From positions 64,001 through 128,000 of the forward strand of contig CAVPRW010000005.1 in the NCBI GenBank assembly GCA_963707985.1: a stretch of 64,000 bases of DNA, given 5' to 3'. The position numbers and the translations under genes are program-made. Positions 23,664 through 35,108 of this stretch are shown here, piece by piece. Each line of letters begins with the position of its first letter. Positions within the stretch are counted from its first letter, which is position 1. The stretch is from an uncultured Nitrospinota bacterium (GTDB lineage: Bacteria; Tectomicrobia; Entotheonellia; J063; CAVPRW01). The notes beneath the pieces were generated by a model. That model was given only the letters and a program-made list of their open reading frames with translations. It was not told the DNA's origin and made no database searches.

Positions 23664-24514
23664 TTATCCCTTGGACACAGAATGGGCAACACGACGCAGA
23701 GCCATAGAATCGTCAGCACTGGAATCCTCGATCACAGTGATCTGCCGACCTCGTCAGGTTTTCGCAGTAGCAGCACTTCGGGATGTGCGGCGGGAGATCG
23801 AGCGGGTGGTAGCAGAGAGCGTGCATCGGTTTTGGGACTATGGTTTTCGTGGAGCGGATTTGATCGTCGCATGCTACGGACCTGCCGTCGGCGTCTTTGG
23901 ACGCCACGAACGGGTGGAGCGCGCCGATGGCACGCTAGTGAGCGTTCCTGACCTGTTGGACCTGGTGAAAGAGTCCGCGCTGAAGGCTATCGCAGGAGAG
24001 TTCACCGGCGATGTGCTGTCGCGCCTCTATTTCGTGTGGGCGAATCTCTACGGCATCGGCGAGCAGGCCTGGGACGATGCACGGCTGGTGGTGCAGATCG
24101 GCGGCGACAGCGAGGATGCCATGGACGTGGCAAGGGGACGCGGCTTATTCGTGGTGGACGGCGCACGTTGCCGCCTAGCCCTGCTCCGTGACCGCACCAA
24201 CCGTCGCAATCTAGGTGAAGACGTCACCGCGCCGCTCATCGACCAACTCCATCATGCGATGCACCTCTGGAACGAAGAACGCCGTTCAGACCTGGTGACC
24301 TATCTGCATGAACACGAGTTGCTTGACCATGCCCCTTTCTGGAAGCTGGCACAGGCTCTCTTTGAAGTGCTGCCCCGCGGGGAACAGGACTGGAAACTCA
24401 TCAGTGCCTTGCTCGGGGAGCGCGAGACGTTACGCATGGAAGCGCGTAGGACGGATGCATCTGCCCAGCCGGTTCAACCGCGGTTGCCCACCCTTTGAGC
24501 CATGAGGTGTCACC

Positions 24515-27342
24515 ATGACTCCTTCACCGTTGAAGCCCTGGTATGCCATGGCGATTCCTCACGAAGACATCCGCGAAGGTCGGCTCAGCGAGGCGGTCTT
24601 TGCCGCCAATCTCTGGGCAGTCGTGCAGGATAAGACCGTCCCGGAGATCTATCGCGACCCCGAGGTCTTCTTCGCCAAGACCTACCTGACGGCTGGATTG
24701 ACCAACGTGCTCAAGAAGATTACGCGGGCGCTGTCGGGGGAGGCTGATGCAGGAGACCGCCTGTTGAGCCTGCAAACCGCCTTCGGTGGCGGAAAGACGC
24801 ATACCCTGGTGGCGCTGTGGCATCTCGCCAAGTACTCAGACCGTATCCGCCGCTCTGGTGCGTGTGCTGATGTCCGGGATGTGATTGGCGATCAGTTGCC
24901 TCAACACGTCAAGGCGGTCGCCGTGTTCACCAATCAGACCTGTGACGCGACGCAGGGGCGGCAGACCCCCGAAGGCGTCCATACGCGGACACTCTGGGGC
25001 GAACTGGCCCTGCAATTGGGCGGTGTGGAGCTCTACCGCACGATCGAAGCCAACGACCAGGGCCGCACCGTTCCCCAGGGGCTCTTTGTGGAGGTTCTCC
25101 GGCGTGCGGCGCCGTGCCTGATCCTGCTGGATGAGCTCGCCGACTACTGTGTCGGGGCCTCGGCGATCGAGGTCGGCGATACCACCCTGGCCGACCAGAC
25201 GATTTCCTTCGTCCAGCAACTCAGCGAAGCCGTCCAGCAAGTCAAAGGGGTCGCAGTGGTCGCCACCCTGCCCGCTAGCCATCTTGAAGTGGCCGGGTCG
25301 GAGAAGGGGCAGGAGATCCTCGGCCGGCTCGAACGCCGGTTCGGGCGGATGAGCGCCGATATCAGGCCTGTGGCCGATGAGGAAATCTACGAGGTCGTCC
25401 GCCGACGGCTCTTTGAGTCGCTGGGCGATGTGGCAGAGCACGAACACGTTGCAGACGCCTATCTGAAGATGTATCAGCAGCATAAGAACGAGGTGCCCAC
25501 CGAGGCGACTCGCGGAACGTATAAGGAGCGTCTCCTGGCGGCCTATCCGTTCCATCCGACACTGATCGACGGCCTGTATTTACGGTGGGGCAGTCATAGC
25601 GAATTTCAGCGCACGCGCGGTGTCCTGCGACTCCTGGCCAGCCTGATCGGTGACCTCTGGCAGCGGCGCCAAACGGAAACACAGTCGCAACCTCTGATCC
25701 AGCCGTGCCACATCCGTTGGACCGTGGATGCCTGGCATGCGGCGCTGACGCGCCTCTGGGGCGGGGCCTACGAATCGGTCGTCGCCTGCCGATGTGATCG
25801 GCGACAAGGCGAATGCGACTGCTGCTCGACGAAGAGCGCGGAGGCGACTATCGCACCGAGAAATTGGCACAAGGGCTGGCGGCGGCAATGCTGCTCGGGT
25901 CGTTCGGCGGGCAAGGGGAGCGGGCGGGCTATAGCACCAAAGACCTGAAAGTGTGCGTCAGCCGTCCGGACCTGAATTGGGGATACACGGACGGGGCAAT
26001 GTTGGCGTTGGAAGATCGGGCCTTCTACCTGCACCCTGCCAGCGCCGGCAATCTGGGGAAACGGTACTGGTTTGGCACCACGCCGACGCTGACCAAGCTC
26101 ATCGTACAGTACCGTAACCAATTGGCATCCAAAGACTTCGATCCAGAGATTCTGGAGACCCTGCAGGAGCAGATGAAGAATCTCAAGCCCGAACCCGCAA
26201 CCTGGCATGCATTGGTCAATCCTGGGCGTGACTTACCTGAACAAAGATCGCTTACCTTGCTGATCATGCCTCCCGCGTGCGCATACTCCGAGAACGGTGG
26301 CGCCTTGTCGCTTATCCCTTCGCCCGTTGAGCAGCGCCTGTTGGACCTGAGCCAGAAATGTGGCAATCGCGACCGAACCTACCGCAATACCCTGCTATTC
26401 CTCTTACCATCGTCACGTGGGCTGACACGGCTGCGCAACGCCTTACGCGAGGTGGCTGCCCTCGAAGCCGTGAAGCGTGATTATGGTAGCCAGCTCGACG
26501 GCGAGCAGCGTGACGACCTCAATAAGCGATTGGGGACAGCGTCCAAGGGAGTCGTCGAGTCGTTAGGGAGCGCGTATACCTATATCGCACGGATCGAAGG
26601 GCAAGGTGTCAATCCGGCGACAATGAGCAATCCCAAGCTCACCCTGAGCGAGCATTTGCAGGCGGTCTGGCAGCAACTGGTGGAAGCGGAAGAATGGGTG
26701 TTGCGCAAAGTGGGCACGGTTACCTTACAACGAGTGGGGCTTGTGCCCACTGAGGGTGGTATTCGCGTCAAAGACGCCATCGAAGCCTTCGTGCGCTATA
26801 CCGACAAACCCATGATTGCGTCGCCTGGTGCAGTGCTGGAGGGGTTAAAACAAGCCTGCAGAGACAAACTTCTCGGCATTGGACGTGGGATGACATTGGC
26901 CAATCTCCAACGGAAGTGGTGTGGAGAAGATGTCACTCTGGATGCGAACGAGGAGGGTCTGTGGATTATCCCACCCTTTGAGCCAGAGCCTGTGTCCATT
27001 GGATCGAGTGACCGCGTACCGACGCCACGCCCCAGATCGACTGACGAGACGCCACCCGAGGACCAAGATTCCTCGACGACAACTACGGTCGACACAAGTG
27101 CGCCCTCTACCGAACAGATGATGCGGCTTATGATCAGCGGCTCAGTCTCCCTCGACAACTGGTCGGAGATTTTCCGCTGTTTTATCAGCCCTGCTGCTCG
27201 GATGAATCTGAAGCGACTACGCTTGGGGATTCATTTCGAGCTAGAGGCGCACGATAGTCAATCTCTCGATCCAAATGATCCCGCGGTCAAGGCCATGAAA
27301 GAGGCTGCTAGGCAGTTAGGATTGGAATTTGAGGAGGGATAG
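24515..27342 (+). CDS. DUF499-family ATPase, frameshifted at ~25790-25820
   Basis: LKPWY..PHEDI..FAANL, LQTAFGGGKTH (Walker A), LILLDE (Walker B), YPFHP, FQRTRGVLR. Confidence 0.85.
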
Positions 27343-27364
27343 GATAGTCATTGTACGGGCAGGG

Positions 27365-27949
27365 CTACCAGTTCTTGGTGACAGAAACGGGAAGGCCGAC
27401 ACGCATGAAGAAGCGAGCAAAAGCCTGCGACAAATGCTCGCGATAAGGCGGCAGCAAGCGCAACCTGGGCTGTCCCCGATGCTTAAGGAGGGACTCAAGG
27501 AAATCGCGCGGAATGGTGTATACCTCGTGAAAATCAACCAGGCGGTGGGTAATGCTGATCTCCCCACTATTGCCAGGGTTTAAGATTGCAAGATTCCATA
27601 CGAAGCCGTCACAGATATCATCACAATATCGTTTCCAAGCCTTTTCTGTCGGATTTTGGTTTACCCTTCGCATCTGGGCTTCCCACTCCGATCGATAATC
27701 AACGAGAGAAAGGTGAGGGCATAGGACAACGTTGGTAACTTTCTCATATTCGAGATCACAGGCCTGTGTCATCACTATGACGTCGGCCCGGATAGCTGTA
27801 GTCGCTCCCTGCAAGACCTCGGTTTCGTCTGCACCATGTATTTCAAGAAGCTCAGCCCTCCAGACGATCAATGGGCACTCAAATATTAGGTCGCCTTGAG
27901 TCAACCTACTATTGGCGTCCACCGCTTCGTACCAGGCGTCACTCATCAT
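27365..27949 (-). CDS. Conserved hypothetical protein, possible PemK/MazF-like toxin
   Basis: LTQGDL, VIVMTQACDL, VVLCP, LVDF, RLLPPYREHLSQAFARFFMRVGLP; overlaps the upstream stop. Confidence 0.55.
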   Translation of the reverse strand: MMSDAWYEAVDANSRLTQGDLIFECPLIVWRAELLEIHGADETEVLQGATTAIRADVIVMTQACDLEYEKVTNVVLCPHLSLVDYRSEWEAQMRRVNQNPTEKAWKRYCDDICDGFVWNLAILNPGNSGEISITHRLVDFHEVYTIPRDFLESLLKHRGQPRLRLLPPYREHLSQAFARFFMRVGLPVSVTKNW

Positions 27950-28652
27950 CTCTCTCAAGTGTGCGGCGGCCAATTGTAATATGGGGTTTCCAACGTGGTA
28001 AATCGGCGGTGCGGATTTCAACCTGCTGCGAGAACAGCACTTCGCGACTGTGAGTAGGAGCGAACACGCCACGCCATGTAGTTGGCTCTGGTTCGGGATA
28101 CTCTTGATCTACAGGATATGCGACATGCGATTCAATACTCCCTGTAGGATTACAATCCGCAAGGAAGGTCAAAGGCCTCTTAATTGCCTTCTCGGTCTCC
28201 ACCGGCCGTTCGCCCGTGTGCTCTTTGCCTTCTATAAGGAGCCTAATAACCCGCGATGACTGTGGTGCATGATGCCGGAACTCTTCTAGGATGAGCCCGC
28301 AAGAAAGGGTTGCAATAGTATTACCATGTTGATCCTTCGGAATTGCATAAACGGCACGAATTGCCTTTATAAAGCTCTGTAGAACTCCGTAGGAGAACTT
28401 TGGTGACATCAGTTGGCATGCGATGACGAGGCTACCTGATGCTATGACATGTGAGCTGATAGAGTGTACCAGGCCGGTGCTAGCAGGCCAGGAATTCCAT
28501 CTGGCAGCTGAGCCAGGTTCATAGAACCCGCCCGATGTAAGATCGGGCTCTGCCCAGTCGACGTCTCCCATTGTGGTTGTCGTGGTAGCGTTGTCTTCAT
28601 CAGCCAACCAAGCCCGTGGTATTTGTGTAGGGCGCTCAGATATCGGATTCAT
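27939..28652 (-). CDS. Hypothetical protein, middle gene of the three-gene cassette
   Basis: ATGA overlap with the upstream gene at 28649-28652; low-complexity N-terminus. Confidence 0.55.
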   Translation of the reverse strand: MNPISERPTQIPRAWLADEDNATTTTTMGDVDWAEPDLTSGGFYEPGSAARWNSWPASTGLVHSISSHVIASGSLVIACQLMSPKFSYGVLQSFIKAIRAVYAIPKDQHGNTIATLSCGLILEEFRHHAPQSSRVIRLLIEGKEHTGERPVETEKAIKRPLTFLADCNPTGSIESHVAYPVDQEYPEPEPTTWRGVFAPTHSREVLFSQQVEIRTADLPRWKPHITIGRRTLERDDE

Positions 28653-29473
28653 TGTTTTCGGCCCCATATGTTCTGCTGTACTTCCTCTCCAGTCAGGTCG
28701 GCGAATCCACGTACGATCCATTCGTGGGCGAGATCGAACCAAGACCAAGTAGCTTCCTGTGACTTATCGCTCCCGACGCCTCGTGCTGTTAGCTCAAACA
28801 AAAGTATCGGATGCTTATCGTGGGGACGGATCGCATGGCGGATAGTCACGTGCAATCGACCAGCACGGTTGGGGAGGACGAAGGTTGTTCGCCAATTGAT
28901 TCCTTCGGGTGCAGACATGAAACGCTGTGTGCCACCCCGCCAGGCGAAGTCAGGAAAAACCTTTCCAATGTCATTGAGCGTTGTCCAACCATCTCCTTGC
29001 GGGATGTGATTGACGTATGTCATCTCGTACTGTAGTGGCTCTACAGTCCCGAGCTTGGCCTCCCTCAAGTATGACTCAAATTTCGCCAGGTGATCCCGGA
29101 ACATCTCAATGACATGGTGGTAGTGCGGGTACTCATCTTGTGGCCGCACCTTCCTCCAGTTATGTAGAAAGCGGTCAGTCTGGACCTGGATGATTCCATT
29201 GCCATTCGTGTGCACGAACCAAATCCGTGGTATTAACAGCTTGTCGGTTAACTCGAATTCGAGAGTTGGTCCAGCTGTCTCGTCGAACCTTTCAACCACC
29301 GGCGGTAATGGGGCGACCTCCTGACAGCTTGGGTAATCAGGCTTAAATTTTTCCCATAGTAATCCAAAATGCGGTACCAACATCGTTGCAATCGGCTTGA
29401 AAAGTACCCCGCAAACCACCTCAATAACAGGTGGATTCTCATATTTAGGGAGACTTTCCGAGGTTCTTGTCAC
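28649..29473 (-). CDS. TIGR04255-family protein
   Basis: LPKYENPPVIEVVCGV.F, RIWF, IQVQ.DRF.HNWR, YP.Y, YVNHI, WFDLAHEWI..F. Confidence 0.8.
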   Translation of the reverse strand: MTRTSESLPKYENPPVIEVVCGVLFKPIATMLVPHFGLLWEKFKPDYPSCQEVAPLPPVVERFDETAGPTLEFELTDKLLIPRIWFVHTNGNGIIQVQTDRFLHNWRKVRPQDEYPHYHHVIEMFRDHLAKFESYLREAKLGTVEPLQYEMTYVNHIPQGDGWTTLNDIGKVFPDFAWRGGTQRFMSAPEGINWRTTFVLPNRAGRLHVTIRHAIRPHDKHPILLFELTARGVGSDKSQEATWSWFDLAHEWIVRGFADLTGEEVQQNIWGRKQ

Positions 29474-29791
29474 GTCGGATACTCCAGTTTACCTTTGGCA
29501 AACGGTATCTCGCGATGAAGATGACCGCCGATGGTTCCCGACTGCTTTGAGAATTTATCATTTTGGCTAAGCCAATTCTACTACAATACTATCATACCAT
29601 ATGTAATATGTACCCTACCCACCCTAAAGCCTAAGAGGGCTATACAACGGATCGCTCAGCTGCGCCTCCAGGACCTGACTACCCGCGAATTCTAGGAGTG
29701 GATTCCCCCTATCAGAGATCGTCCCTACCTTGTCAGCCGACAGTTGCTCGGGGGTTCTAAGGGAACAGGTCGACCGACGAATTATGTGTAC

Positions 29792-30346
29792 TCACTCGCT
29801 CGCCCACTGTTCTCGCAGCTCGGCCATTCGCTGGCGGGTGAGGGCGCTAATTTTTTGCTCCCTGACTAGCAAGGCCAGCGTTGGATCCTCAGCTGGCCCC
29901 TGTCGACGGTACGCATCTGCCGCCCACAGCTCAGCTTGCTGCCAAAGAACTAGCTCTGGATCTTCAGGACCGTTGGGTGGCAATGCCTGTCCGTAAAGCT
30001 TGGCTACTTTCAGCACCTCCACTGATGTCTTTCTATCACCATCTTCGACCACCTTTTCAAGCACTTCGATGGCCTTGCCCATGAGTGCCCGTAACCGCTC
30101 CTGTGCGTCCCACCACAATTCCTTGCGGCGCCGGTTCAATTCGGCGATAAAGACCGGATGGACATTACGCCACTGCCACACAGTCTCCCGAGCGATTCCG
30201 ACGGCTTCGGCCACTTCGCGGTCGGACTGACCCTGCACGAGCAACTCAATGGCGTTCCGCTGTTCAGCCAATAGCGGTTTATATCCACCGGCTGGTGAGG
30301 ATTTGCCAGTTTTTGATGAAGCCATAGGCTTTCTTTTCCCTCTCAT
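29792..30346 (-). CDS. HTH domain protein of the mobile element
   Basis: QRNAIELLVQGQSDREVAEAVGIARETVWQW..HPVF. Confidence 0.75.
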   Translation of the reverse strand: MRGKRKPMASSKTGKSSPAGGYKPLLAEQRNAIELLVQGQSDREVAEAVGIARETVWQWRNVHPVFIAELNRRRKELWWDAQERLRALMGKAIEVLEKVVEDGDRKTSVEVLKVAKLYGQALPPNGPEDPELVLWQQAELWAADAYRRQGPAEDPTLALLVREQKISALTRQRMAELREQWASE

Positions 30347-30959
30347 TTGTCGCTGTTTATATGTATCTCCGTTTGAATCCTGGTGTAGATGGGCTTAAAT
30401 TGCGCCAGCATTAGGGTCATGCCTGTCGTTTCAGCCTCTCGAGCCATCCACCGCAGCCGCTCGTAGGTCTGCCAGTGCATCCCCTTGGGTTTATCGGGGA
30501 AGGGCTCCACCAGGCTAGAACTGCCGCCAAGCCGCCGGCGGATCTTTTGGGCCTTGGTGACCAACCGTGTGGCGTCATCTTCGCGCTGACTCTCGTACAC
30601 TAGATCATGGCAGTCTCGGCAAAGAAAATAGCGACCACCTAGGTACAGTTTCGCCGCGCGACGATTGCATTCCCAGCCTGGGCACCAAAACCACGGCCGC
30701 TGTCCACCATACTGGCACGGAGTCCAAGTTAAAGGAACAGGTTCTTCGATGTCGAGCCCATGTTCATCCCCTCTTCGAATCCGATATGAGAGGAGCACAC
30801 GCTCGTATTTTACCTCCACCATGATTCCACCCCACCAGAACTGGGCGCCGGTATGGAGCCATCCTTGCCGTTGCCACTCTCGGACGTCAATATGCTGGCG
30901 GCTTTCAGCTGTATCCTTGGTATTCCACCGATACCACCGCCCCGAGCCCGGCCCCCCAT
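30343..30959 (-). CDS. Conserved hypothetical Cys-rich protein of integrative elements; start codon offset by one base
   Basis: GGPGSGRW, YGGQRPWFWCP..C, FLCRDC..YESQ, FPDKPKGMHW. Confidence 0.65.
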
Positions 30960-31455
30960 ATTGTTCCTCCAATATTTTTACCGAAATCATCAGGCAAATT
31001 TCAGCCTTTTGTTGTTATCAAATCGTTTCCATACCTTGTGCTGCAAGGGATTCAGGGTATACAAAGATATGGATGGAATAGGCAGCCGCTCTGCATCATT
31101 CCACCGCCCTGGTTGTCCATTCCAGGGAGATTTGGGGGGGGGAAGAGCTTTCCATCAACGTGATCAAAGTAACGGCGATAACCTCGCCATTTATTGAAAG
31201 ATCCTGCAGCTGACAGCTCGCCATCCCCAGAGTACACGAATTTTGTGGGTCGCGGACAATGATCCTTCTTGGAACAGTACCCCTCGACCCATCGGGCATT
31301 AAACAGTTTGTTCCCGCGCCGACTTTCGCCAAAACCCGTATCTCCTTATAGGAATAGACTGTGCTCTCTCGGGGCCACTTGTCATGAGGGAATTCATCGG
31401 CGACTGGTCATATTTTAGCGTGCAGCGTCTCGCTCCATGCCCTGATGGCGACGAC

Positions 31456-31767
31456 CTAGGCATTTCCATGAATCAGACACGCTCGACAGATCAGCCGTCC
31501 ATCGAGCCAGCGCCAGCGATCATGGGAGCGACAGGCAGTGCAAGGGGTATCGCTCAGGCAATCGACGGGTGGGGCATCTCGCTGGAAGGGAGCTGGCGCC
31601 AGTGGTGTACTCAGTAATTGCAGCAGTTCCGCCTTGTGCTGGACCATGGCCCGCCGCAGCTCAGCTGTCAGTGTACTCATGGGCGCGTCTACGTGCGGGC
31701 GGTCACCGCATGGTGTCAAGACGACGCCGCGCCGCGTAAGTTCGCCAAGCAGGTCTGTGGCGGTCAT
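31456..31767 (-). CDS. Small protein with TubC-N-like domain and Cys pairs, downstream of the primase
   Basis: LLGELTRRGVVL...VDAP...HKAELLQLL; CTAC and CRAC; ATGA overlap with the primase stop. Confidence 0.55.
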   Translation of the reverse strand: MTATDLLGELTRRGVVLTPCGDRPHVDAPMSTLTAELRRAMVQHKAELLQLLSTPLAPAPFQRDAPPVDCLSDTPCTACRSHDRWRWLDGRLICRACLIHGNA

Positions 31768-34604
31768 AATTCAAATACCTCACGCTCCCCATCCCTGGTC
31801 GGTTTTACGGTCGGGTTCTCAAGACAACTCGACCATGCGGCGGGGGATACATCACCATTATCGCTGCGAGGGACCTCTTCCCTAACCTTTGATCTGACCA
31901 ACCTGACCAGCTGATCAGATGCCTTTGATATATCAGTGCTTTCTCTGGGTTGATTGGGGCTCGGATGAGGGTCAGAATCTGACCACACACCTGATATGGT
32001 ACGGTTCGAATGACCTTTTTGGCTAGAATCTTCAGCCTCATGGTCAGTATGGTCAGGTTGGGAAGATATAAAGGCCCAGAAGCTTTTCGCATGCAGATGT
32101 AAGATAGGACGTCTGACCCCTTCGATGGTGTGTCGGGTCGTATAGGTCTGGCGCACTTGGTCGGTAGTGACTAACAGGCGCCTCTCGTGGAGGCGTTTAT
32201 GAAGGGTGCGCACACTGACCGCCAGTGTATCGCCTTGCTCCCGTGCCAGTGCCTGGGCCTCGGCATATGCGCCTTCAGGTTCCAAGTAGAGGTTGCCCTT
32301 ATCAATCCATCCGATGCGTTTGCCTTGAGCCTGCCACTCGCCGCGCTGGTATTGACCACTACCAATAGTCACCTGACGCCAGCCCCAGGCTTCGGGCATC
32401 TCGGGTTCGTTGCCGTTTGGGCTGGCAACGTGCGCCCGACCAGAGGCCAGCGCCGCGGCGAGTAAATCGAGGAAGCGACGGGTGGGTTCGCTGGCGGCTT
32501 GGTGCTGCGCCTGTGTGGCAGTGGCAACTCCTAGCGCCGTCCAACAGCGATTCCATAAAGCCTCCCGCGCTTCCGTGGTGAGTGCCGCAACCTCCTGAGC
32601 GAATTGGAGGAAAAACTTCACTCCTACAGCCAAGTTCGCAACGATCTCAGGGGTTCGCCGATGCTGGCCACTTTGGTAGGTTTCCCCACGCCGACTGGCG
32701 ATCTCGCCGCGTAACCCTTGACGTACCTGCTCATCGCGTGGGGCGAGCCAGTGAATAAACGCGACCGTTGCTTGGGCGTATAAGCCAGCTGCCGCATCGC
32801 GTTGACATTGGCTAAGGCGCTCCCAATCGAGATCACCAGGGGCAACCTCTATGACCAAAATTCGTGCGCGCAGACTTTGGCCACGTGGCACGTCCTCGCC
32901 CGTGGAGACGATCAGACAGCGCGGCGGTTTGGCTGGCTTCAGACTAGCGTCAGGATTCATCCGCTGACGGCCACTGCGATTCCCTTGTGCTCTCAGCACA
33001 CGGTCCGCGTCGCGGTGCATCCGAGCGACGTCGTGGCTGGTCCCTCCTGGCGCGAAATCGTCAATCACGAGGATCGCATCCTTAGCTGCGAAAGCCAAGG
33101 CCTCCAGGGCATTGCTGGTGCTTGCCCAACTTCCTGGCAAATGTCGGGCATCGAAGCTCGGACCAAAATGCCGCTGGAGTAGTGCCGCTAGCTCAGTTTT
33201 CCCCGCACCAGTAGGGCCGGACACATGCTCGCTGAAATCGACATCGCCCACGACAGCACGCCAAATGGCCCCCCATAGGGGGATTGTGATCCGATCTGGA
33301 GCGAGATCCAGCATCGCAATGCTGGCACGGACGGCCTCGACTCGCGCAGTGCCCGTCGGAGGGTCTGGCAACATGAAAGGCTTCAGCCCATCCGGGAGAA
33401 TCACCTCCATATTGGGCACATGCCCTTCTCCCCCGAGGACACCGCCACCATGAAAATAAAACCACAGATCCTGACGATTCCGCCGCCAGCCGACGTGTGT
33501 GAACACCGTCCGTTCGGTAATGCCCTCGGACAGCAGCTGGATGGCCGCACGTGCATGATCCTTTGCGGCGATTCCTGGATATACAAGGGCCAAAGCGCCA
33601 AGGTGTTCGGTGACCCAACTCATAGTGCTGAGGCGATCGGCTGCAATGGCAAAGCGACGTGTGCGGCCGTTAAATGCGGTTTCGATTTCAAACCGGCGCC
33701 GCACCTCAACGCCGTCATCCTCCAGGATATCGGTTACGATTGTGGCGATGAAATTCGTCAGAGGAACCGCTACCACTCCGTCATGAACGCCCTTGAGCCA
33801 CACCAACCCCTGTGGCGTTGCACGGTAAGGGATGCTATGCGTCGGCGGATCGTCCGAGGATGGCTCGCGGAGCTCTGCAGTGGCGAGGGCCAGGAGGTCT
33901 TGAACGCTGCGTCCGGCGGCGAAGTAATCGTCAAGCCCCACCTTGGCACCACCATCGCCCGATGGGAGATAGATCAACCAGACGTGAGCGCCTTTACACT
34001 CAAGAAACCCCTTTAAGCGGGCAAGGGCTTGATGTACAGGCCGTTTCACCATTACATCGCTATCAAACACGGCATAGACGTCACGGCCATTCAGCGCGAT
34101 GGACTCCCAGTCGGGCAGCGCTATCTTGCCGCCGTGCTCATTGGTGCCGCGCCAGTTCCAGACGCCCAAGAGCGCAATGCAGCACAGGTCCTTGGATACA
34201 GCGGCATCCGCCTTACGAACCCCCGCAGTGATAAACAGTGGCCAAGCAGGATCTGCCAGCCATGATCTTGCAAGTTTCGGTACATCCAACGCCATACGAG
34301 AACCGGCCACTGTTTCGTATTTGATCGATTTGCCGTCGCTGTTTAGGCGCGGCTCGTCAGGGCGGATTTGATAGGTGACCAACTCGCCATCGACCCCCTA
34401 GGACGGGATAAGAAGGGCAGGCACGCGGCATTGCGCTGGGGTGAAGCCAAGCGCCTTGAGGCGTGCTTTGACGTCAATGGAGCGATAGCCCCGCGCCTCG
34501 ATCACTGCGGGTGCAATGGTGCTAGCCCGGAGCAAATCCGCGTGATGGGGCAGCAGCAGTTGCCAGCACGGATGCCCGGAGTCCTCGCGGATCTGCTGCT
34601 GCAT
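31764..34604 (-). CDS. Toprim-like (DUF3854-like) primase fused to P-loop helicase (DUF927-like), frameshifted ~34390
   Basis: QIRPD.PR..KYE, FITAG.RKAD, FDSD, KVGLDD, GPTGAGKT, VIDDF, STGE. Confidence 0.75.
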
Positions 34605-34810
34605 CAGATACCCTCCTTGCTTAGATAGCTTGCCAGCGCGGCCTTGGGCACGCGAATGGCGCGACCGAACCGCACATGAGGCAGCTCGCCCCGCCGCAAG
34701 AGCTCGTAGATCGTACTACGTCCGAGCCGCAGATAGGTGCGGATCTCCTCAGCCGTCAGGAATTCCGGAAGGTCATCGAAGCTTGTTTGGGACGTGATCA
34801 ACTCCGACAC
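34604..34810 (-). CDS. Excisionase-like HTH protein
   Basis: FLTAEEIRTYLRLGRSTIYELLRRGELPHVRFGRAIRVP. Confidence 0.85.
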   Translation of the reverse strand: MSELITSQTSFDDLPEFLTAEEIRTYLRLGRSTIYELLRRGELPHVRFGRAIRVPKAALASYLSKEGI

Positions 34811-34997
34811 CTCGGCACACCTCCTTTAGGCCCAATTTTTCACGCAACACTTCAATGGCGTCCGGTTTGAAACGACGCCGGCCCTTGACGTCTCGAATGA
34901 CGTCCACCGCACCAGCATCCGCCAACCGACGGACGGTTGTGGCGCTGACGCCCAACTCCCGCCCGATCTCGTGAGGCCATAGCAACTTTTTGGTCAT
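34773..34997 (-). CDS. MerR-type HTH protein
   Basis: EIGRELGVSATTVRRLAD.G...RDVKGRRRF. Confidence 0.7.
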   Translation of the reverse strand: MTKKLLWPHEIGRELGVSATTVRRLADAGAVDVIRDVKGRRRFKPDAIEVLREKLGLKEVCRGVGVDHVPNKLR

Positions 34998-35030
34998 GGG
35001 ATAGACCCTCTTTGAGCATTCGTACGTGCA

Positions 35031-35059
35031 TTGACAGAGAAGACTGTAAAGACTATCCT
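35031..35059 (+). promoter_or_regulatory. Putative sigma70 promoter
   Basis: TTGACA-17 bp-TATCCT, 50 bp upstream of ATG 35109 with AGGGG RBS. Confidence 0.55.
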
Positions 35060-35108
35060 GCACTTGTGCACGACGGGTGGGTCTGCATTTCTGTCTGCAG
35101 AGGGGACC

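Larger units (their letters stand above)
19707..24498 (+). pseudogene. DUF1156-family amino-methyltransferase, interrupted by an IS and a frameshift (~21370)
   Basis: LHLWWARRPLA, DPFAGGGAIP, TDPPY; removing the IS and one TTATCC copy restores ...VTATYPLDTE... Confidence 0.88.
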
